Shown here: positions 54,784 through 64,000 of the stretch, piece by piece
How the letters are laid out: each line of letters starts with the position of its first letter
Numbering within the stretch: position 1 is the first letter of the stretch
Assembly (NCBI GenBank): GCA_963789395.1
Contig: CAWBKP010000014.1
Coordinates: 32,001-96,000 of the forward strand
Reading direction: 5' to 3'
Source: an uncultured delta proteobacterium
GTDB taxonomy: Bacteria > Desulfobacterota > Desulfobacteria > Desulfobacterales > Desulfatirhabdiaceae
DNA: 64,000 bases
Notes under the pieces: generated by a model
What the model was told of the DNA's origin: nothing
Database searches by the model: none
Seen by the model: only the letters and a program-made list of their open reading frames with translations
Position numbers and translations under genes: made by a program

Positions 54784-55313
54784 TTATTGCGAAGAAGTCT
54801 CTGTGTGTTTGGCCAGTCTGGCCTTGTCATACTCCTCATCCCGCATTTTCATCTGCGCCTTTCCCATTTCAAAGAGTTTGTAGTGGGCTTCGATAATGGA
54901 ACGGAGCTGGGCTTCCAGCTGAATGCGCTGGCTTTTCAGCTGAATGATATCCTCATGAAGCTGGGCAAGCCGGCTGCTGGCTTTATTCATGATCTTTCTC
55001 GGCCTTGAACCTCGGCATCGGCAATAATCATTTCCGCTGATTTTCGAGCAGCTTCATTCATCTGCTCAATGCGATTTTCAGAATCGGTAATGGTTTGTTT
55101 CAAATTGTCTTCCCGGTCGGCAAACCCGCTGCGTTCCTGTTTCAGCGCCTGATTCTCCTCATTGAGCCGCTCATTCTCATCATAAAGCGCCTCAAGCGTA
55201 TGCGCGATCTGCTCCAGGAATTCATCCACCTCCTGAATGTCAAAGCCCCTGAACCGCACGCTGAACTGATGCTGCTGAATGTCCAGCGGCGTGACATCAA
55301 TGTCTTCTTTCAC
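54784..55313 (-). CDS. DivIVA-domain protein (frameshift near 55000)
   Basis: TPLDIQQHQF..FRGFD..EVDEFL followed by coiled coil. Confidence 0.88.
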
Positions 55314-55322
55314 GATTTCCCC

Positions 55323-55625
55323 TTACATCATCATGCTGAATGATATTCTTTTGAGCGTGTTAACCACAAACGTCTGTAAAAAAATAACCCCTAAAAACAC
55401 AATAATGGGAGAAAAGTCAATCCCGCCGAAACTGGCCGGAATCCGCGAACGGATCTGAGCCAGAACGGGCTCGGTTACGGCGTGGATAAAGCGAACAATG
55501 GCATTATAGGGGTCCGGATTCACCCAGGACAGAATCGCCCTTGCCACAACCACCCACATATATAAGCTCAATGCAAGATCAAGCACCTTGGCCACAGCCA
55601 TCAGAAAATAACCTATCATGTACAT
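55323..55625 (-). CDS. yggT: YggT family membrane protein
   Basis: LSWVNPDPYN, TEPVL..IR, GIDFSP. Confidence 0.92.
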   Translation of the reverse strand: MYMIGYFLMAVAKVLDLALSLYMWVVVARAILSWVNPDPYNAIVRFIHAVTEPVLAQIRSRIPASFGGIDFSPIIVFLGVIFLQTFVVNTLKRISFSMMM

Positions 55626-55914
55626 TCGATCATTTGCCTTTCACTGGACACGAAAATCCTTTGAATCTCCTTTTCCAGGAGAGTGTTAAATGGGAAAGAG
55701 CGACCCGTACGGAATCAACGTCTCAAGGATGAGGGAAGCCCGATTTGATCCGCAGGAAATGGCTTGCGAAGCAGATTCGTGTATACCAATCCATCCAGCC
55801 ATTCAGATGGATTTTTCGCTCACCGTCTTCTGGATGGGGAATATGAAAAGGGCCTGGGAAAAAGAAACCCGTCTCTGGCATGGACATCACTAAACAACTC
55901 AGGGGAAGTTAAGT

Positions 55915-56106
55915 TTATGAGGCTCTTTTGGAACAGGATATCCCAAAAGACAAGACTTCATGAATCCGATCCAGAACGACGCAATCTTTCATGCAGCCTG
56001 GAAATGCATCCCGGATCTCGCATTCCCGACAAGGGCTTTTGACCAGATAACCAATTTCAAAATCGAATCGGTATTTATAATTTTTTTTAGTTGGTATATA
56101 ATTCAT
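55915..56106 (-). CDS. Small cysteine-rich hypothetical protein
   Basis: 63 aa, FDFEIGYLVKSPCRECE..FPGCMKDC; fills the gap upstream of yggT. Confidence 0.6.
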   Translation of the reverse strand: MNYIPTKKNYKYRFDFEIGYLVKSPCRECEIRDAFPGCMKDCVVLDRIHEVLSFGISCSKRAS

Positions 56107-56218
56107 GAATTGAGAAAATAAGGTTCACCAAGATAAATATTAACGGTAATTGTTATCATAAGATTTCATGGATAACAAGGAATATAAAATTTCTTACAGA
56201 TCAGACAGAAGAGGATTT

Positions 56219-56955
56219 ATGGATGCAGAAAAGGCGTTTTCCAGGCGTTCATTTGGCGTTATTTTACTGTTCATGGGCGTGTTGTGTTTGCTGATCATGG
56301 CTTTGGGGTATTGGGGCATCATTCATATTTCAGAGCGGCTGACGGCATTGGCATCCGCGCATCCCGATATTGCCGATTTCAAGGCGGTTGCAAACTGGGT
56401 TGCCGATGCCAGAGCAGGCTTCATCCGTTATGGAGCCCCTCTGGTTGCCGCCGGGGTTGCCTTATGGAGTTTATTGCTGTGGCTGGCGATCGCCGCAAAC
56501 CGTCGATACCGCAGACGGGTTTACCCCCATCTCAGGCCTGTGAACCCGAGAACCGCCTCGACAGAGAACAGCAGGACAAGCGACTGTTTATCCATCTGCT
56601 GAGCATGTTTCAGCGCGAAGGCAGGCTTCTGGATTTTTTATCGGAAAATCTGGATGGTTATGAAGATGCCCAGATTGGCGCAGCTGTTCGCAGCATTCAT
56701 GAAAACTGCAATAAAGTCACCCGCAAATACCTGTCGCTGCAACCGGTTCTGGATCAGGAAGAAGGCCAGACGCTTACCCTTCAAAAAGGCTTTGACACCG
56801 CCGCCGTCAAGCTGGTGGGAAATGTCGCCGGAGAGCCGCCGTTTACCGGTATCATCCGCCATAAAGGCTGGAAAACGGCAAAACTGGAACTGCCCGTCCT
56901 GTCCGCAAGTCAGGATGCATCCCTGATTGCTCCGGCGGAAGTTGAAATTTCATAG
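56219..56955 (+). CDS. DUF2760-domain membrane protein (frameshift near 56500)
   Basis: Two TMs, then LLSMFQREGRLLDFL.E.L..Y.DAQIGAAVR.IH, GNVAGEPPF.G..RHKGW, IAPAEVE. Confidence 0.82.
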
Positions 56956-56975
56956 TGCGTTGAAAGGAAACCATA

Positions 56976-58777
56976 TTGTCTTTCCCGGAATTTATCATTG
57001 GAATTGATCTTGGCACCACCAACAGCGTGGTGTCTTATGCCAGAGAAGGGGGCCCCATACAGGTTTTCGCCATTCCCCAGCTTACCGGTCCCGGAACAAT
57101 TGAAAAACAGGATATCCTTCCCAGCGCCGTGCTGATTCCCGGAGAAAACGACACGCCTTTTCAGGCGCTTGTCCTGCCGTGGGACCCGCATGCCACCCAG
57201 GCCATCGGCGAGTTTGCACGAAACAGGGGGGCTGAAATCCCCCACCGCCTGATTGCCTCGGCCAAATCCTGGCTTTGTCATGCGCTGGTGGACCGGAACA
57301 AACCCATTCTGCCGTGGGAAGGACCTGACAGCCACCTCAAGCTGTCGCCGGTTGCCGCATCCGCAGCCATTTTACGCCATATCCGGGATGCCTGGGATTA
57401 TGAAATGGCCAGAACGCCATCCGGAATTGACGATCATCTTCGCATGGAAAACCAGGAAATCCTGCTGACGGTTCCGGCATCGTTTGATGCAATCGCCAGG
57501 GAGCTGACGGTAAAAGCCGCGCAGATGGCCGGACTGAACCATGTCACCCTTCTGGAAGAGCCCCAGGCTGCCTGCTATGCCTGGATTGAAGCTTCCGGGG
57601 ACAACTGGCGCAGAAAGGTTGAAAAAGGCGATTTGATCCTCGTTTGCGATATCGGCGGCGGCACAACCGATTTCAGCCTGATTTCCGTGTCTGAACAAAA
57701 TGGCGAACTGGCCCTGGAACGGATTGCCGTCGGCAATCATCTGCTGGTGGGCGGCGACAATATGGATCTGTCGCTGGCCTATACCGTATCGCAGAAAATG
57801 GCTGAAAAAGGGACCCGCCTGGATACCTGGCAGATGCGCGGGCTGTGCCATACCTGCCGAAAAGGCAAAGAAACGATATTATCCGGAAGCGTGTCCGAAG
57901 ACTACCCCATCACCTTGCTGGGAAGGGGCAGCAGCCTGATTGGCGGAACGCTGAAAACCCAACTTTCGGCAGAGGATGTTTACCGGGTTCTGCTGGAGGG
58001 ATTTCTGCCGAACTGCGCGCTGTCCGAAGCGCCTGTTAAGCAGCGGGCCATGGGAATTCGGGAAATCGGCCTTTCCTATGAATCCGATCCCGCCATCACC
58101 CGCCACCTGGCTGGTTTTCTCAGCAGCCAGCTCGATGAATCCGGAAAGCAACAGCTTCCTACTGCCGTTTTGTTTAATGGCGGCGTGATGAAGGCGCCCT
58201 TGCTGCGAAACCGGGTCATCGAAGTATTGACGGCATGGGCCGGATACGGCATCCGGGCCTTCCTTGCGGGAGTTGCCGTCACTGGATTTCGACCGATCCG
58301 TTGCACGGGGCGCCGTCTATTATGGCCTTGCCCGTCGCGGCGGCGGCATCCGGATTCGGGGCGGCCTGAACAAATCCTACTACATCGGCGTTGCCGCTTC
58401 CATGCCGGCTGTCCCCGGAATGCCCGCACCGGTAAAAGCGCTCTGCGTGGCGCCTTTCGGCATGGAGGAAGGCACATCGCAGGCCATTGAAAACCGTGAA
58501 TTCGTTCTGGTGGTCGGAGAGCCGGCCCAGTTTGACTTTCTGGGATCTACGCTGCGCCATGAAGACCGGCCCGGGGAAGTGGTTGAAGCCTGGGAAGGCG
58601 AAATCGAGCTGGCGTCAACCCTGGAAACGGAGCTCAGCGGAGACTCCGGCACCCTGATTCCCGTAACCCTGGAATCCCGCGCCACTGAGATCGGAACCCT
58701 TGAAATCTGGTGCATTTCCGCCGTCAGACGGACGCCAATGGCGCCTGGAATTTAATGTCCGGGAGCAGCCGGGTTGA
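56976..58777 (+). CDS. Atypical Hsp70-family protein (frameshifts near 58255 and 58725)
   Basis: IGIDLGTTNS, LTVPASF, LEEPQAA, DIGGGTTD, LFNGGV, VARGAVYY; ends WRLEFNVREQPG. Confidence 0.88.
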
Positions 58778-58875
58778 GATGACGCATTTTTTGCCTTCAT
58801 AAGAGACTTGGCATAAGCCTCTTTCCCGTCCGGGAATAATTTCGCCTTACGGACCGGTCGGGCAACCCCGAATGA

Positions 58876-59757
58876 TTAAAAATGCGCGAGCACGGTTCTC
58901 AGGTGATCCAGCCACACCTCCACGATCCCCGGATAATCGGCCGTTCCCTTTAAAATGATTTCGCATGGGTAACCGTTTCGGGTCAGGATGGATTTCCAGC
59001 TGTCCGGTTCATCGCCGGCCATATCGTTTCTGGCGTGATCGCCGGCAACGGACATCAGCGGTACCAGATAGATTTTTTTGATGTCAAGCTGTTTCAGTTT
59101 GGGCAGCAGGGTTTCAATGGTTAAACTGCCTTCCACCGTTCTTACAAACGCCAGAGGATCAATTTCCTGAAATACCTGATTCATGGCCAGATATATGGCA
59201 TCGGCTGGGTGGTGTCCGGTGCCGTGCCCCATAAAAACGACGGCATCCCCAGGCTTTCGATCCGGAATGTTTTTCATCAGGATCCCGGCCACGGTCTCCA
59301 TGTCTTGGGCCGATGACAGCAGAGGCCTGGCCACTTCAATCTTCTTAAACCCGCCTGCCATTTGTCCGAAGAGCATCGCGTTCTGGTAAAGCTCGTGGAA
59401 TTCCTCACCCGGAATCGTTTGCAGGGAAAGCACCGCCACATGGGTGTAACCGTCGCTCATGAGCCTGGCCAACGCCGTTTCCGGGGACTCCAGCGACTTG
59501 CCTTCCTTGGCAAGTTTGGCACGAATTATTCTTGAGGTGAACGCCCAGCGGATTTCCACACCGGGAAATGCTTTCCGGGTTTGTTCGTCGATCCGGTCAA
59601 ACACCAGTTGGGCTTCCGGAACGCTTGTGCCAAAGGCAACGAGCAGAATCGCCGTTTTCTCCGGCTTCTTGTCTCCGTGCGCTGCAAACCCGTTCAAAGA
59701 ACAGCAGAGCAGCGCGATCACAACCACTACTGACAGCAGATGTCTGGCAACTTTCAT
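58876..59757 (-). CDS. cbiK: Sirohydrochlorin cobaltochelatase, periplasmic CbiK type
   Basis: Signal peptide; LLVAFGTS, PGEEFH, MGHGT, TVEG, PLMSVAGDHARNDM. Confidence 0.92.
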   Translation of the reverse strand: MKVARHLLSVVVVIALLCCSLNGFAAHGDKKPEKTAILLVAFGTSVPEAQLVFDRIDEQTRKAFPGVEIRWAFTSRIIRAKLAKEGKSLESPETALARLMSDGYTHVAVLSLQTIPGEEFHELYQNAMLFGQMAGGFKKIEVARPLLSSAQDMETVAGILMKNIPDRKPGDAVVFMGHGTGHHPADAIYLAMNQVFQEIDPLAFVRTVEGSLTIETLLPKLKQLDIKKIYLVPLMSVAGDHARNDMAGDEPDSWKSILTRNGYPCEIILKGTADYPGIVEVWLDHLRTVLAHF

Positions 59758-59779
59758 TTCACTTCCTCCATGTTTTGTC

Positions 59780-59817
59780 AAAAAAAATCCCGGATCGATT
59801 CAAGATCGATCCGGGAT
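59780..59817 (-). terminator. Riboswitch expression-platform terminator in the cbiK leader
   Basis: ATCCCGGATCGAT-5 nt-ATCGATCCGGGAT 13-bp stem followed by a T-run on the minus strand, just before the GGAGG RBS. Confidence 0.75.
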
Positions 59818-59880
59818 GCCCTGTTTATCGCACGGAATCTAAAAAGCCTTTCCCTGTCCACGGGAAACAGACTGATGACT

Positions 59881-60046
59881 GTATAGGCAGGTCTTCTGAC
59901 TTCCGGATCACCCTACTGGCAGCGCCTTCCCGATCCATGGAAGCAATCAGTGGCTTAAATGCTGTGGTCGTCCCCGGTTACAGCGGCGGGCCCGTCCCCG
60001 ATTCTAACGGGGTTCCCTCTGAGGCTCTATTTCTGAGCGCCTTTAC
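59881..60046 (-). ncRNA. Cobalamin riboswitch
   Basis: Minus strand AGGGAAcCCCGT..AATCGGGG.CGGgCCCGCcgCTGTAA..GCCACTG..GGGAAGG..AAGTCAGAAGACCTGCC (B12 box), upstream of cbiK. Confidence 0.95.
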
Positions 60047-60353
60047 GGAGACTAAAAAAACACAGGCACCGGACAATGTCAAGATCAAAATCCGCTCCCG
60101 CCATTCAATTACAGGTTTCTTGGCGAGCAACCCATCGGCGCAGTTTTGCAACGGTGAACGATATGCCGACCCCGAAGTAAAAACAAGCGGCAATCTTGTT
60201 ACCAATTGAATTTTGAGTTATACAAATAGGAAGCAGTCCAATACGGATGCCCTTAACTTTCTCTCTATTTCTATAAATTTTTAAACAGGGAATGCGGTAT
60301 TTCATTGAAATGACGACAGCCGGCAAACGCAAGCTATTTCAAGGAGGTTAAAT

Positions 60354-60968
60354 ATGACGGCACAGGAAATATTAAACAGCGCGGATTTCAAACAGTGCGA
60401 GGCATTTCACGGCCATGTCTGTCCCGGTCTTTCCATCGGCTACCGGGCAGCCAAGGCCGCCATGACCTGGCTTGCCGAAAAACGCTCCGAAGACGAAGAA
60501 GTCGTGGCAATTGTCGAGACGGATGCCTGCTCGGCCGATGCCGTTCAGGTTTTGACCGGATGCACGTTCGGAAAAGGCAATTTCATTTTCAGGGATTACG
60601 GGAAAATGGCGCTCACGCTCCTCAGTCGGAAGACCGGCCAGGGAGTTCGCGTATGCCTGAAGCCCGGCGCGTTCAAGCCCAATGAGGAGCATTCGGCGCT
60701 GATTCAGAAAATCATGCAGGGCAAGGCCACCGAAGCTGAAAGCGAGCGGTTTCAGGCGCTGCATTTGCAGAAGACCTGCGAGGTCCTGGAAGCTCCGATC
60801 GACCAGCTATTTGTTATCAGCGAAACAGCCGCCGAGATTCCTCCCCGCGCACGCATGGAACCGTCTGCGATCTGCGCCAAGTGCAAAGAGCCGACCATGC
60901 CCGCCAAGATGGTAGCTATCGGGACGGGTTCGATCTGCCGGGAATGCGCGGCATCGGTTCACGCCTGA
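60354..60968 (+). CDS. FmdE family protein with C-terminal zinc finger
   Basis: FHGHVCPGL, ETDACSADA, GCTFGKGN, CAKCKE..CREC; AGGAGG RBS. Confidence 0.9.
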   Translation: MTAQEILNSADFKQCEAFHGHVCPGLSIGYRAAKAAMTWLAEKRSEDEEVVAIVETDACSADAVQVLTGCTFGKGNFIFRDYGKMALTLLSRKTGQGVRVCLKPGAFKPNEEHSALIQKIMQGKATEAESERFQALHLQKTCEVLEAPIDQLFVISETAAEIPPRARMEPSAICAKCKEPTMPAKMVAIGTGSICRECAASVHA

Positions 60969-61002
60969 TAAAAAACGGAACCTTGATCGATCATACCCAC
61001 GC

Positions 61003-61040
61003 TTTCGCCGGTCCCAGGCTCCACCCCGGGATCCGGCGAA
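61003..61040. terminator. Hairpin between convergent fmdE and nosL-like genes
   Basis: TTTCGCCGG..CCGGCGAAA inverted repeat. Confidence 0.55.
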
Positions 61041-61064
61041 ACGCTTCTGTATGACTGCTCCCGA

Positions 61065-61538
61065 TCAATCCAGTCCTTTGATTACATCAGGGGTAACCGC
61101 ATCAAAACCAACCAGATTTTTTCCGGCATGATCCGCCAGAAACTCCTTTGCTTCCGGCGCTTTTTCAAACGGAATGAGTTCTTTACCCATGGGTCCGAAA
61201 ACGTTGCTTTCAACGACATAAAAGGCTTTCCTGCCGTCGATCGGAGTCATGCTGTAGTAATCCGTGACATAGATAACGGCAATATCGGACAGTTCCTTTG
61301 ATGGATTGTATTTTTTGAGATTGAAATAATACTTGAACATGTCCTTTGCACCGTCAAAGAGCGCATAGGAGCCATCTTTGAAAATGACCTGGGCCAGAAA
61401 ATCTGGATATTTTGCGACAAACATGCCGCAGACCGGACATTTATCCGTTTTTGCCGCCTTGAGGGGCTTTGGTTCCTCAGCCAACGCCAGCGAGCATGTC
61501 AGAAGAACAGCAATAACGGTTATTCGAAAAACGTTCAT
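61065..61538 (-). CDS. NosL-family periplasmic metal-binding protein
   Basis: Signal peptide, CPVCGMFV, FDGAKDM, VTDYY, GPMG.ELIPF. Confidence 0.88.
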   Translation of the reverse strand: MNVFRITVIAVLLTCSLALAEEPKPLKAAKTDKCPVCGMFVAKYPDFLAQVIFKDGSYALFDGAKDMFKYYFNLKKYNPSKELSDIAVIYVTDYYSMTPIDGRKAFYVVESNVFGPMGKELIPFEKAPEAKEFLADHAGKNLVGFDAVTPDVIKGLD

Positions 61539-61594
61539 TCTACCTCCGCAGCTTGTGTGAATCCGGCTGGTATTCCGGCCGTTAACGGCAATCT

Positions 61595-62089
61595 TTACTT
61601 CTTCATCTTTTTTCTGTTTTCCCGGATCATTTTGGTATCCGCGTACATGTCTTCATAAGTCGCCTTCATGACTTCATCAAAGGTTGACAAGGTTCCGCCG
61701 TTTTCCGCGATAAACTTTTCTGCATCCGCTTTATTCTCAAAAGCCCATTTGGCCCGTTTCGTCATGACCCCGGGCCGCTTTCCACCCATTACCCAGAACG
61801 CTTTCTCCGCATCGATGAGCTTTTTGCTGTCGAAGTCTCCCACAAGCAGGGCTCGGGGGGTTTTATCGATATTAAGGGCCAGTTCAATCGCCATACAATG
61901 AATGCTGCAGGTTCCCAGAGATGTTCCGTCATCGTATTCCACCACCATTCGGCTGTGTGCAAACATGGCCCGGTTCATACCGCAGAATTTGCAGGAAGGG
62001 TCTTTTTGAATGTCCTCGTCACCGAAGGCGACGCCGCCGATTGACAGAACGCATGCAACAAACAGAACAGACAGGATTCCTCTTTTCAT
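61595..62089 (-). CDS. NosL-family periplasmic metal-binding protein
   Basis: Signal peptide, CKFCGM, TCSIHC, IDAEKAFWV, GVM, AF..KADAEKF..ENGG. Confidence 0.85.
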   Translation of the reverse strand: MKRGILSVLFVACVLSIGGVAFGDEDIQKDPSCKFCGMNRAMFAHSRMVVEYDDGTSLGTCSIHCMAIELALNIDKTPRALLVGDFDSKKLIDAEKAFWVMGGKRPGVMTKRAKWAFENKADAEKFIAENGGTLSTFDEVMKATYEDMYADTKMIRENRKKMKK

Positions 62090-62147
62090 GTGAACTCTCC
62101 TTTAAAATTAAATTGTTGAAACCAATCATCAGCATCAGGCAGGGATA

Positions 62148-63549
62148 TCAGTCCTGACCGAAACGGGTGTTGAAATTGATCACGAGATTGGCAAAAAAAC
62201 CTCCCCCGATCTGCGCCTGAGTGAATGTCTGACCTGCGGCATTCACAAAGTCCTGGGAATTGAGATCTTCGTAAACCGGCAGACCGACAGACCCTCTCAG
62301 ATTAAAATTGCCGCCGAGCGCATTGAGAAAACGCCAGTCGAATACAAACGCCAGATTGGAACGGGTCCCGCCCGTATTGCCGATCTCGATGCCATTGTCC
62401 TTATTTTTAAGGGTATTGGACACATCCATTTCAATGCCGAGCATCAAATCGTAGTGAGGGGTGTAATGGACCGCCAGTCCCCCCTGAATTTCATCGCCAT
62501 AATTATAATCATCGTTGTTGGTGGGTAAAATCCGATAAAGCGCCTGGGCGTGAAACCAGAAAGATTCCCATTTCTGGGAATACAGCAGTCCGCCAAGGTA
62601 GGTGGGCGTGCCGGCTCCCAGCTGCATCCCCGGCGGCGTTGAAATCAGATTCGTCTTGAGAGCGGCATTGAATGCGCGTGTGGCGTCAAAATCCCCGGTG
62701 GGAAGCGTTCCCCCGACAAGCAGCGTAAAAAACTTGTCATAATAAACGCTGCGCCACAGGTTGTACCGCACTTCACCGGCAAGGTCCCCGATGCCGTCAT
62801 TGTTCGTATTTACGGTGTTTACCTGTTTGCCCTGCCGAACCAGGGTTTCCATGCTTTTCTCAAAATAGGGCAGATTCATATTCATCGCCAGCCGGTCGGT
62901 AATTCCGTAATTCATGACCAGGGTCTGGGTTTGAACCTCCATTTGTTTGGGCGCGCGGGGCTGGGCCGGGTTGGTGTTGATAAACGACTCCGGATCCTGA
63001 CTGTCGGTACCGGTCACCACTCTGTCCTTCAGCATATAGGCATACACGATTCCCAAACCAAAAGACCCCTGACCGGGCGTCACCGCCTGACGGATACGGA
63101 AAGGCTGGGTCATTCCTCTGGGGGAGATTGTCTCCATGGCGCTGACAAAACTGAGCACCGCCCCCCCTTTCTCGGCTGCAAACGACTCGGCCTCGTTCCG
63201 GTCGGCAAATGCAATGTAGTTTGGAATCATATCGGGAATCAACCGGCTGCCGATAGAGTACCACGCATTCCTGGGCATCCACTTCCGTGCCGTTATTCCA
63301 GTCCTTGACCCGGATAGACCGGAAGGAACTGACCCCGTTTTCCTGGACGATGCGCATCATGCAGGCTACGCCGCAGGTATGCTCCGTTTTACCGTCAGTG
63401 TACACCAGTTCGCAGGCAGTGCGCTGATACTGATCGATCCACATCCCGCATAAATGACAGCTTTCCCGTTCCTCTCCGGCCAGAGCCAATGCGGGAAACA
63501 GCAATAACAGGCAAACACCCATAACGCAGAACTTCCTGATAAAAACCAT
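62148..63549 (-). CDS. NosL domain fused to a putative outer-membrane beta-barrel (frameshift near 63270)
   Basis: Signal peptide, CHLCGM..TCGVAC, VDA-NAWY..PDM..AF..EA..F...GG, then amphipathic beta-strands (GIGDL..RYNL, LPTGD, QLGAGT, YNYGD) ending NFNTRF. Confidence 0.75.
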
Positions 63550-64000
63550 TGGTTTCTCCTAATATCTAAACAGCGGATGGCGCCGCAACCATTCAAGAAT
63601 AGCCGAATCCACATAGATCTTGAACAGATGTAACACCGGCAAGTTGCCATCCCATTGTTATTTTAACAAGTTCATAAAGATCAGTTACAATTTTATAAAA
63701 CAGATTCCGTACCGTTTTTTCAATCACATCGGACAGGAGGATACCGGATCACAAATCAGTAATTATCAAACCCTATCGATTTTTCAGGAAAATGATTTTT
63801 TCCCGGCCAAAAACCGTTACGATAACGAACTGATCCTGAATTTTTGAAACGGTTCCTTTTCTCATTGGCATGTTGCAGACACATCGGCCATCGGGGTTCC
63901 GGGATATGGAATTGCAGCACATCATGGGGCAGCCGCAGACATATACGGTTTCCCCTATCTGGAATTGCTCAAAAGCAGCCGGCAGTTTTTCGTCTTGTCC

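Overview
This is a chromosomal segment from an anaerobic Desulfobacterota-like bacterium; that assignment is inferred from gene content. It is mostly core genome: tig-clpP-clpX-lon, four tRNAs (Pro-TGG, Leu-TAG, Val-TAC, Asp-GTC), miaA, ruvCAB, tol-pal, pepA, class III RNR nrdD/nrdG with tandem NrdR boxes, coaD-tilS-ftsH-folP-coaX, and yggT-divIVA-pilT-pilU. Accessory blocks include a PAS hybrid kinase, EfpL, a Wzz/ExeA-SPOR/degenerate BY-kinase trio, a radical SAM gene coupled to prmA, and a lone trpG/pabA behind a candidate Trp attenuator. Others are ArnT plus a CX5R phosphatase, a Tpt1/KptA-fold protein lacking its catalytic residues, and DUF2760-Hsp70. A metal-handling end carries a cobalamin riboswitch-cbiK unit, fmdE and three NosL-domain genes, one apparently fused to an outer-membrane beta-barrel. 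Close to 20 genes, including normally essential ones, are split by frameshifts that are nearly all +1. This most likely reflects insertion-type sequencing errors, so split genes are annotated as single CDSs. No CRISPR array, rRNA, integrase or transposase was recognised. All family assignments come from motif recognition, not database searches.
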